A DNA stretch of 32,009 nt from Verrucomicrobiota bacterium. GTDB taxonomy: Bacteria; Verrucomicrobiota; Verrucomicrobiia; Limisphaerales; UBA11358. The stretch lies in assembly GCA_021323835.1 (NCBI GenBank), contig JAJPKI010000194.1, positions 1 through 32,009 of the forward strand, written 5' to 3'. This document shows, in pieces, positions 1 to 7,106 of the stretch. Numbering within the stretch: position 1 is the first letter of the stretch; the number at the start of each line of letters is the position of its first letter. The notes under the pieces are model-generated. The model saw nothing but the letters and a program-made list of their open reading frames with translations. It did not search any database and was not told where the DNA came from. Made by a program: the position numbers and the translations under genes.

Positions 1-127
1 TGATAATCAATTATTTCTGATTTTCCGGCGATTTTTGAAATAAATTTTACATCTCACATTGGTCGTCAAGCTATCAATTCTGCTAGGCTTGCTGCCAATC
101 GGAATCAAGAGTAGCTTTCACAAAAGC

Positions 128-2851
128 ATGTCAGGCGTTCGTGTAATTATTATTATTTTTCTTGCGGCAATTTTACCACTGCTAAATCTCAACCGCACAG
201 CGGGTGAGACAATACAAACTAACCCAACTTCGCCTTTGCGAATTGCCATTGGTCAAGCACTACGTCCCGAAGAAGAAAATCATGTGGTTGAAGTGGAAGG
301 CACGGTGACCTTTGTCGGCAGACAAGGGCGCGCCACATATTTTGAAATCAGTTCGGAAGCGGGATATATGCCGGTGACGGTGATTCATGGAGCCGGTTAT
401 TTAACGGATTTACTGTTGAAGAGCCATGTGCGTGTGCGAGGTTTTTGCACAGCTGTGCACAGCAGCACGGATGGAAACATTGTTGGCAGCTTGTCGGCGA
501 CCAACGTAAATGACATTGTGATTTTGCAGTTGCCCGAAGAAATGTGGCAACAATTTCCGCTTCGCACAATTAACGCATTGACCCAAACGAATCTTATTGG
601 GCAAATCGTCCATTTGCGGGGTAAGGTTCAATCCGTGGAATCCGGCCGCTCACTGTTGCTCGTGGATGAAACCGGTCAAACAACAGTTGAATCGAGACAG
701 GCGGTTCCAGAAATGGTTGGTATGGATGTCGAAGCGTTATGCGGATGGCATTTGCGCGGGACAAATAAAATTTTTCAATGCGGATTTTTCCGGCCGGTCA
801 CTGAAACGACAAATCAGACCTCCCTGCCACATTTGACGACGACTGAGCAAATCCGTTGGTTGAAGCCGGACGAGGCAAAACGACAGTATCCCGTTAAGGT
901 GCGAGGCGTGATTACTTTTCTGATGACGCGCCGCGGCGGAATAGTTGGTGGCGATCTCCAGGATGGAACGGGTGGCATTTTTTTGTGGGAGATGTGGAAT
1001 GTAAATTCGGCCATGACCAATTCTGGATTAAAAACAGGAGACTTTTGCGAGATTGAGGGTGTGACTTCGGCGGGCGATTTTTCTCCAATCATTCTTTGTC
1101 GCAAACTGACGATTCTTGGCGAGGGTCAATTTCCCGAACCTGCCCGCCCCAATTGGGATGAATTAATCGGGGGCGGATTCGACGCTCAATGGGTAGAAAT
1201 CCAAGGAAATGTATTGTCAGCGACAAACAGTGATATGGAAATTGGGATGAAAGATGGACGCATTGCGTGTTCACTTCGAGGAAAAGGCGTAGAGCCTTAT
1301 CTTGGTTCAATCGTGCGGGTGCGTGGAACCGTATACGCCTACCATGACAATGCTCGTCATATTACAAACGTATTGATTAACATTCCTTCCCAACAATTCG
1401 TTTCGGTGGAAAAACCAGCACTTGAAAATCCATTTTCAATTCCGGCCACACACGTCAGCGACTTGTTCACTTATAATCCAAATGAATCTGCTTTTCGGCA
1501 GGTTAAAGTCGCGGGGCAAATCATTCATGTGCGCGACGGCGTTTATTTTGCGATGGATGGAACAAACGGTATGCGAGTGGTTCCAAGGGACGGGGCAAAA
1601 ATTAGCGTTGGTGATATGGTCGAAGCCGTTGGATATCCCAATATTGACAGCCCTTTTAACAAACCATTGCTCACTCTGCGCGATGCCGTCGTTCGCAAAA
1701 CAGGTCAGGCATCGTTGCCGGCAGCCATAAAAATTGCGCCGGATGATTTTCTAAATCGCGAACATGATTCAACTTTGGTGAAGATGGAATCCCGTTTGCT
1801 CGGTGTCAGTCCGTATCAAGCCGAACAAATTCTTGAATTGCAAAACGGCACAACAGTTTATCGCGCGCGATTGGACACAGCTTCGGGACAACTTCCGCAA
1901 TTGCGGATTGGAAGTCTTCTGGCCGTGACCGGAGTGTATGCCGTTAGCAGTGACAAATCTGTTCCGTTTGAATTGCTGCTCAATTCTCCGGCTGACATTC
2001 GGATTTTGGAATTGCCATCGTGGTGGACAGCTCAACATACGCTTCTTGTGGTTACAGGTATGGCGTTCGTAATTGTTCTGTTTCTCATTTGGAATGGTGT
2101 CTTGCGTCAGCAGGTCGGCAGGCGCACGATGGAATTATCCTCGGCCAACCAATCGCTCAAAAGCGAAATCACTGAACGCAAGCGGGCGGAAAATGAATTG
2201 GTGCAAACGCGCCTACAACATCTGGTAGAAAAAGAGCGCACACGCATTGCTCGTGATTTGCACGATGATTTGGGAAGCCGCGTCACGCGAGTTGTTTTGT
2301 TGCTCGATGAACTTGCTTTACAAAATCATTTGCCGATTTCGGAAGCTCCTGAACATCCGAAGGGAATTTCGACGGCAGCACGTGAAATCATCCAGTCCTT
2401 GGATGAAACAGTTTGGGCCGTCAATCCGCACAACGACACGTTGCCACATCTGTTTAACTATCTCAGCGATTTCGCCGTCAAATTTCTAAAAGTTGCTAAC
2501 GTGCGATGCCGTCTTGATTTTCCAATTCATCCGCCGGAGCGAATTATTTCCACCGAAGAGCGGCATAATTTATTTCTCGCTGTTAAGGAAGCTCTCAACA
2601 ACGCCGTCCGTCACGCGCAAGCGACGGAAGTTCAACTGCGCGCGACCGTTGGCGAAGAATCTTTGGTTCTAATCATTGAAGATGATGGCTGCGGTTTTGA
2701 ATCTGTCGCCTTTTCTCCATCGGCTGACGGTCTAAAAAATATGCGGCAACGGATGGAAGAAATTGGCGGGCGATTCGACATCACGAGCAAGCCAAAAGTC
2801 GGAACGCAAGTGACATTGACGTTTTTTTGGTCACCGCAAAAACAAATTTAA
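128..2851 (+). CDS. Sensor histidine kinase (HisKA_3 + HATPase_c, NarX/LiaS class) with a large extracytoplasmic N-terminal domain
   Basis: ORF 59..2851. ATG at 128 gives the signal-anchor MSGVRVIIIIFLAAILPLL; a TTG at 59 is an alternative start. Second TM segment is TLLVVTGMAFVIVLFLIWNGVL, followed by a coiled coil (SANQSLKSEITERKRAENEL). H-box is ERTRIARDLHDDLGS. ATPase motifs are KEALNNAVRHA, IIEDDGCGF and GLKNMRQRMEEIGG. Confidence 0.85.
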   Translation: MSGVRVIIIIFLAAILPLLNLNRTAGETIQTNPTSPLRIAIGQALRPEEENHVVEVEGTVTFVGRQGRATYFEISSEAGYMPVTVIHGAGYLTDLLLKSHVRVRGFCTAVHSSTDGNIVGSLSATNVNDIVILQLPEEMWQQFPLRTINALTQTNLIGQIVHLRGKVQSVESGRSLLLVDETGQTTVESRQAVPEMVGMDVEALCGWHLRGTNKIFQCGFFRPVTETTNQTSLPHLTTTEQIRWLKPDEAKRQYPVKVRGVITFLMTRRGGIVGGDLQDGTGGIFLWEMWNVNSAMTNSGLKTGDFCEIEGVTSAGDFSPIILCRKLTILGEGQFPEPARPNWDELIGGGFDAQWVEIQGNVLSATNSDMEIGMKDGRIACSLRGKGVEPYLGSIVRVRGTVYAYHDNARHITNVLINIPSQQFVSVEKPALENPFSIPATHVSDLFTYNPNESAFRQVKVAGQIIHVRDGVYFAMDGTNGMRVVPRDGAKISVGDMVEAVGYPNIDSPFNKPLLTLRDAVVRKTGQASLPAAIKIAPDDFLNREHDSTLVKMESRLLGVSPYQAEQILELQNGTTVYRARLDTASGQLPQLRIGSLLAVTGVYAVSSDKSVPFELLLNSPADIRILELPSWWTAQHTLLVVTGMAFVIVLFLIWNGVLRQQVGRRTMELSSANQSLKSEITERKRAENELVQTRLQHLVEKERTRIARDLHDDLGSRVTRVVLLLDELALQNHLPISEAPEHPKGISTAAREIIQSLDETVWAVNPHNDTLPHLFNYLSDFAVKFLKVANVRCRLDFPIHPPERIISTEERHNLFLAVKEALNNAVRHAQATEVQLRATVGEESLVLIIEDDGCGFESVAFSPSADGLKNMRQRMEEIGGRFDITSKPKVGTQVTLTFFWSPQKQI

Positions 2852-2904
2852 TGACATTTTTCTGAAACGCTATGCGCATTTAAACAATTCTTGTCGACCA
2901 CCTT

Positions 2905-3537
2905 ATGCCCATCACAGTTTCCATTGTCGAAGACGAATTAAAAACGCGCGAAAGTCTGTTGCGGCTTTTAAGTCGCGCGCCCGATGTGCGTTGTCTTGGC
3001 AATTATTCCACAGGCGAGGAAGCGTTGCGTGATATTCCTGTAGAAAAACCAAATGTGGCTTTGGTGGATATCAATCTACCTAAAATGAGCGGCATTGAAT
3101 GCGTCGCGAAGTTGAAAATCAAACTCCCCAATCTTCGTGTCTTAATGCTGACTACTTATGGCGACAGTGACCGGATTTTTGATTCTTTGCGCGCAGGAGC
3201 GACTGGTTATTTATTGAAGAATGCAGGTTATGCCGGATTGATTGAGGCAATTAACGAAGTCCATGCTGGCGGTGCGCCAATGACGGCGCAAGTAGCGCGA
3301 CAAGTCGTGGAACATTTCCATCGCATTCAAAAGCCGTCTTCCGACATGGAAAAATTGACCGCGCGCGAGCAGGAAATTCTTGGGCTATTGGTCAAAGGTT
3401 TTCTTTACAAAGAAATTAGTGAACAGCTAAAAATTTCAATGCCAACAGTCGCCATGCATTCCCGGCATATCTACGAAAAACTTCACGTCCAGTCGCGTGC
3501 GCAAGCCACGGCAAAATTTTACGGACAAGAAATTTAG
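2905..3537 (+). CDS. Response regulator, NarL/LuxR family (receiver + LuxR-type HTH)
   Basis: Receiver motifs: SIVEDE acidic pocket, VALVDINLPKMSG phospho-acceptor Asp, LMLTT, and GYLLK Lys. C-terminal HTH is LTAREQEILGLLVKGFLYKEISEQLKISMPTVAMHSRHIYEKL. Starts 53 nt after the kinase gene. Confidence 0.92.
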   Translation: MPITVSIVEDELKTRESLLRLLSRAPDVRCLGNYSTGEEALRDIPVEKPNVALVDINLPKMSGIECVAKLKIKLPNLRVLMLTTYGDSDRIFDSLRAGATGYLLKNAGYAGLIEAINEVHAGGAPMTAQVARQVVEHFHRIQKPSSDMEKLTAREQEILGLLVKGFLYKEISEQLKISMPTVAMHSRHIYEKLHVQSRAQATAKFYGQEI

Positions 3538-3565
3538 TCAATTGGCGCCTTCTTAGTGTCCTCTG

Positions 3566-3586
3566 CCTATACAAACTGATAATAGA
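3566..3586 (+). promoter_or_regulatory. Copy 1 of conserved 21-nt box CCTATACAAACTGATAATAGA
   Basis: Identical 21/21 to the copy at 7014..7034 and 19/21 to the copy at 5824..5844. Intergenic, ending 124 nt before the ATG at 3711. Contains a GATAAT -10-like hexamer. Confidence 0.5.
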
Positions 3587-3710
3587 CGGTTGGTGATAAA
3601 GTGTTACAACCTTCTGTGACACCTGTGCTCTGACACAAATGGCTACAAGCCGGAGTTATTGTTAATTCCCGCTGATGCACAGAAACAAGGAAACATTAAC
3701 CAAATAAAAA

Positions 3711-4823
3711 ATGAAAATTGATCGAACAATAAAATCCGGTATGACGGCTGGTATTGTAGCGGCATTGATGTTAGGCGGAGTTCATATCGTTCGCGCCAAC
3801 AGCGACAATATTGATGTTGAAAACAATGGCTCTCATAAAACCTACGCCGTTCAAACATTCACTGTTTCAGGTGTGGCTTCTTACACACTCAATGGCGGTG
3901 AAGACAGCGGCAATAGCCAGGAGTATATGGAACGTCTTTACTCTGGTTGCAGTCGGGTTGAACATGACACTGGCCAAACCATCGGCAGTGGTTCCGCCAC
4001 ATTTGATGGATATTTGAAGGTCAATTCACCGATTGACACATGTATCGTCCTGCAATTCTTCGGGTCGGGCGGCCCTTATAGTTTTCTTAGAGTTTACAGC
4101 AGTTATAATTGGAACGGCATATACTATACCGATGGGTGCATTAGCAAAGGAAGTTCGCCCGTCCTAGCTCCTCATATTTATGGCACGTCGGCTCACGTCA
4201 CCGGCGCCATTGATTTCAATGCTGGCACATTGACCTATTGGATTAATGGTTCACAGGTAAGCCAAACGACTCTCGATACATCTCAAACTTATAACATTAA
4301 GTTCGGCAATTACGGTGGAAACACCCAACAGCCGAACGGCAACACAGTGGAGTGGGACAATGCCCGTTGGTGGACTGGTAGTGGCGGCGGTGGTGGATTC
4401 AGCGGCAATTATGAGTTGCGCAACAATGCCAGCCTTTTGTCCTTGAACGTTTCGGGAGCTTCGACGGCCAATGGCGCGGCGATTATTCAGTGGCCATACC
4501 AAGGGGCTAACAACTCATTGTTTTATTTCACCGCGACTGACAGCGGCTATTATCAAATTGTTAATGTCAACAGCGGCAAGGACGTTGTTGTGCAGGGAGC
4601 GTCCACAGCCAATGGAGCGCTTATCATTCAATATCAGTTCGGTTCGTCGCAAAATGACCAATGGCAGCCGCAGCAAAACGGCGACGGCACCTACACATTT
4701 GTCAACCGCCGCAGCGGTTTGGTTCTCGAAGATCCAGGTTCCAATGGGTCACAAGGCACCCAAATGGATCAATGGTCTGGCAACGGCGGTCAGAACCAGC
4801 ATTGGAAATTGTTTAGTCATTAA
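3711..4823 (+). CDS. Secreted protein: N-terminal jelly-roll (ConA/PL7-like) domain + C-terminal ricin-B (beta-trefoil) lectin domain
   Basis: Signal peptide MKIDRTIKSGMTAGIVAALMLGGVHIVRA. Gly linker GSGGGGGFSG. The C-terminal ~130 aa carry repeated QxW-type motifs (IIQWPY, NDQWQP, MDQWSG, NQHWKL) and repeated G(A)STANGA(A/L)IIQ units, typical of ricin-B/CBM13-like lectins. The N-terminal fold call is weaker (YNIKFGNYGG resembles the PL7 YFKAG.Y strand). Confidence 0.8.
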   Translation: MKIDRTIKSGMTAGIVAALMLGGVHIVRANSDNIDVENNGSHKTYAVQTFTVSGVASYTLNGGEDSGNSQEYMERLYSGCSRVEHDTGQTIGSGSATFDGYLKVNSPIDTCIVLQFFGSGGPYSFLRVYSSYNWNGIYYTDGCISKGSSPVLAPHIYGTSAHVTGAIDFNAGTLTYWINGSQVSQTTLDTSQTYNIKFGNYGGNTQQPNGNTVEWDNARWWTGSGGGGGFSGNYELRNNASLLSLNVSGASTANGAAIIQWPYQGANNSLFYFTATDSGYYQIVNVNSGKDVVVQGASTANGALIIQYQFGSSQNDQWQPQQNGDGTYTFVNRRSGLVLEDPGSNGSQGTQMDQWSGNGGQNQHWKLFSH

Positions 4824-4843
4824 TAGCAGAGATTCATACCACG

Positions 4844-4879
4844 ACAACGCGCGATTGGCGAAGGCCGGTCGCGCGTTGT
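4844..4879 (+). terminator. Stem-loop, candidate intrinsic terminator after the lectin gene
   Basis: ACAACGCGCGA (4844-4854) pairs perfectly with TCGCGCGTTGT (4869-4879) around a 14-nt loop. Begins 21 nt after the stop codon. The downstream T-tract is weak. Confidence 0.5.
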
Positions 4880-4920
4880 TGACCGATAAATACTCAAAGA
4901 CACAAACGGCTCGTTGCTTT

Positions 4921-5775
4921 ATGAATTATTTTCAAATTTTGAAAACGCATTCCGTTAAATTGCTTTCGTTGTTGGCTGTAACTTTTATTGCAAGTTGCTC
5001 TTCGCAGATGAAAATGAAACGAGTGTCGTTAGCCGGACTGGCAGTGCAGATACCGATTCCTGCGGCCGCAGCCACATCTACAAACATTGTTGTCAATAAT
5101 TTCGGTCCACTTACGGACACCAATGTTCTCCCAATTCTTTTGACTGCAACAATGGTTAGTCCTGTTGACATAGATTTGAAATGGAGCACGCACATTCCTG
5201 ATGTGGACGGATATTTTGTTGATTTCAATTTCGGTTCCGACCGTAGGTTTCAAATTCTCGACATCAAATATCCCAATGAAACTACTTTTCATCATCCGAA
5301 CTTGATGCCAAATACGCGCTTTGCTTACCGCATCCGTCCTTTTTTCGGCAAACCATCCAATGTAGTCAGCTTTGCCACGGGTGATGCTGCGGATGAACTA
5401 TCGGGTGACGATGGAGTGAGGCCGGGGCAAGTTCCCGCCGGTGCCGGCGGCACAAATTCCATGAGGAATCCATTAACACGAGAAAAATCCGCGCCAACAG
5501 ATTTGACGATTACACGCATTGGTCCACGAGTTGCGGATTTGAACTGGAAAGACAATGCCAGTGATGAAGATGGTTATTTTCTGGAAACTTCTTTGGGTTC
5601 AGACCGGGACTTTCATTTCTTTGGGCTCTTGAAAACAAACACCACCTCATTTCGAGCGTCATTGCTTCCCACAAATACAATCTGTTATTTCCGTGTCCGG
5701 GCTTATTGCGAAGGTTCGCCATCCCTGGCGGTCGAGTTGACCACAGGTAATAAATTGATGACACATCCTCATTAA
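4921..5775 (+). CDS. Lipoprotein with two fibronectin type III domains
   Basis: In-frame ATG at 4921 of ORF 4471..5775 gives a lipoprotein signal MNYFQILKTHSVKLLSLLAVTFIASC (lipobox IASC). Two FN3-like units: VDIDLKWSTHIPDVDGYFVDFNFG...YRIRPFFG and PTDLTITRIGPRVADLNWKDNASDEDGYFLETSLG...YFRVRAY. Confidence 0.75.
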   Translation: MNYFQILKTHSVKLLSLLAVTFIASCSSQMKMKRVSLAGLAVQIPIPAAAATSTNIVVNNFGPLTDTNVLPILLTATMVSPVDIDLKWSTHIPDVDGYFVDFNFGSDRRFQILDIKYPNETTFHHPNLMPNTRFAYRIRPFFGKPSNVVSFATGDAADELSGDDGVRPGQVPAGAGGTNSMRNPLTREKSAPTDLTITRIGPRVADLNWKDNASDEDGYFLETSLGSDRDFHFFGLLKTNTTSFRASLLPTNTICYFRVRAYCEGSPSLAVELTTGNKLMTHPH

Positions 5776-5823
5776 CGGGGTTCACGGGCTGGCGATACAA
5801 TCCGTTACACATCAATTCTTATA

Positions 5824-5844
5824 TCTACACAAACTGATAATAGA
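5824..5844 (+). promoter_or_regulatory. Copy 2 of conserved 21-nt box (TCTACACAAACTGATAATAGA)
   Basis: Matches copies 1 and 3 at 19/21 positions. Intergenic, ending 113 nt before the ATG at 5958. Its 3' half forms the left arm of a 10-bp inverted repeat (5837-5846 / 5859-5868). Confidence 0.5.
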
Positions 5845-5912
5845 GTCTAAAAAAAAACACTCTATTATGCGATTTGGTTTCAGTGGTAAATATTATTACT
5901 GGATGCCTTAAC

Positions 5913-5946
5913 GCCGTCGGACGTTAACTGGGAAACGTCCGGCGGC
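5913..5946 (+). other. 13-bp stem-loop immediately upstream of the 5958 start codon
   Basis: GCCGTCGGACGTT (5913-5925) pairs with AACGTCCGGCGGC (5934-5946) with one G-T wobble and an 8-nt loop. The arm 10-mers recur in the hairpin at 10945-10976. Confidence 0.45.
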
Positions 5947-5957
5947 AATAAAAAATA

Positions 5958-6569
5958 ATGCCAATTAAAATTTCCATCGTGGGAAGCGCCGCGCTGGCTA
6001 ACCCGCCAGCTTCGCCGGAAGGGAAGATTGGAATGCAAATTTCCGATAGGTTTGCCTCCGGGGAAGAAGCTGTTCGCATTATTCCAAGCCGGAACATAGA
6101 TGTTGCATTGGTCAATTATGAACTTCCTTGTATGGACGGCTTTGAATGCGCCAGAAAATTAAAAGCCATGCAGCCGGACTTGTCCGTCCTGATGTTTACA
6201 AATGGCATGCCGACACATTCAAGAGACGAAGATTTTATTTTTCCCGCGTTGCATGCCGGCGCCAATGGTTATCTGCCAGGACATTTGCCGCCAATGGAAA
6301 TGATGGATGCGATTCATCAGGTTCATCAGGCGGCTTGCCGCAGCCGTCATTTATTCCTGATGTATTTTGAGTCAGACCGACAGTTATGCCGCTCGGCGAA
6401 GCATTGGGGAAAGATTACGGGACTGTTGGATTCATCCGCCGCGACAATTCACTATGGCAAAAAGTGGCGGAAAGTTGTCATGCCATTTAGAAAATCTGCA
6501 AAGAAATCTTTCACCTCCTCCTTCGTGCCACTCGTAAAGATTCCTAATAAAGCAATTGCAACCGTTTGA
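5958..6569 (+). CDS. Degenerate NarL-family response-regulator paralog (pseudo-receiver, possibly a pseudogene)
   Basis: Clear paralogy to the regulator at 2905: MPIxxSIV, SGEEAxRxIP, VALVxxxLPxMxGxECxxKLK, VLMxT, AGAxGYL, AIxxVH. The acidic pocket is GS instead of DE. The phospho-acceptor is Asn (AAT 6114-6116) instead of Asp, and the conserved Lys is lost. No LuxR HTH is recognisable in frame. Confidence 0.6.
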   Translation: MPIKISIVGSAALANPPASPEGKIGMQISDRFASGEEAVRIIPSRNIDVALVNYELPCMDGFECARKLKAMQPDLSVLMFTNGMPTHSRDEDFIFPALHAGANGYLPGHLPPMEMMDAIHQVHQAACRSRHLFLMYFESDRQLCRSAKHWGKITGLLDSSAATIHYGKKWRKVVMPFRKSAKKSFTSSFVPLVKIPNKAIATV

Positions 6570-6576
6570 AGACAAA

Positions 6577-6774
6577 ATGCAACAAACTCATTTTCTCGTG
6601 AGCGACGAAACCAAAAAACAAGAGAAGCAGCAACAAATCCGTTTTTCCTTCGTGCAATGCGAAGGATTTCGCTGTCTGGCTTATTTAGACAAAGATGGAA
6701 AATGGCGAAATTGGATGAGTGATTATGAATTAAAGGTGGTTAAAGTTTTAGAAGAAGATTGTCCTCCGGCTTAA
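6577..6774 (+). CDS. Small hypothetical protein (65 aa)
   Basis: ATG at 6577 inside ORF 6556..6774, 8 nt after the previous stop. MQQTHFLVSDETKKQEKQQQIRFSFVQCEGFRCLAYLDKDGKWRNWMSDYELKVVKVLEEDCPPA. No family recognised; supported by ORF only. Confidence 0.35.
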   Translation: MQQTHFLVSDETKKQEKQQQIRFSFVQCEGFRCLAYLDKDGKWRNWMSDYELKVVKVLEEDCPPA

Positions 6775-7013
6775 TTTTTCCGTTTTGAATCGAAAAAATT
6801 CCATGCGACTTCAGTTTCGTCTTCTGCTTGCAGTGCCAAAGGACATTGTAACATTCGGCGGCAAACTCAACGGCGCGTATGCCAGAAATGCCGGCCGTTC
6901 TTACACAAAAACTGCCTATGACCGCGCGCGTCGCCGGCCATATAAAAGCGGCAATTTGCTTCATGTCAACAGTTCGATACGAATTGGAAAGCGGTCATAA
7001 GAAAACTTTCATA

Positions 7014-7034
7014 CCTATACAAACTGATAATAGA
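7014..7034 (+). promoter_or_regulatory. Copy 3 of conserved 21-nt box CCTATACAAACTGATAATAGA
   Basis: Identical to copy 1. Ends 72 nt before the ATG at 7107. The 5' half TATACAAAC recurs at 7059-7067. Confidence 0.5.
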
Positions 7035-7106
7035 ACGCTCGGAGCAAACATCTTAAATTATACAAACATTGTCCCATTTGCAGAAACCAGACTCGAAAAA
7101 TCGTTT

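Noticed and set aside
1-7. The window opens with TGATAAT, matching the core of the 21-nt box (…CTGATAATAGA) at a similar distance upstream of the kinase gene. This could be a fourth, autoregulatory copy.
   Set aside because: Only 7 nt are visible and the following bases (CAA) differ from the box (AGA). The 5' part lies outside the window, so it cannot be evaluated.
3587-3710. Possible structured leader after box copy 1 (GGTTG…CAACC pairing and the TGACAC direct repeat at about 3618-3645).
   Set aside because: The stems are only 5-6 bp and are not shared with the leaders after copies 2 and 3. This is insufficient to call an RNA element.
4471-4920. N-terminal 150-codon extension of ORF 4471..5775, overlapping the 3' end of the lectin gene in another frame.
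   Set aside because: The overlap with a well-supported CDS is large. The extension is low-complexity, a terminator-like hairpin lies at 4844-4879, and a proper lipoprotein signal begins at the ATG at 4921.
6879-7106. 76-codon upstream extension of the giant-protein ORF. The neighbouring small ORFs 6785..7000(+) and 6740..6964(-) belong to the same question.
   Set aside because: The extension runs straight through the conserved 21-nt box, has no signal peptide, and a canonical signal peptide starts at 7107. The small ORFs have no recognisable features. I treat the region 6775-7106 as a non-coding leader or promoter.
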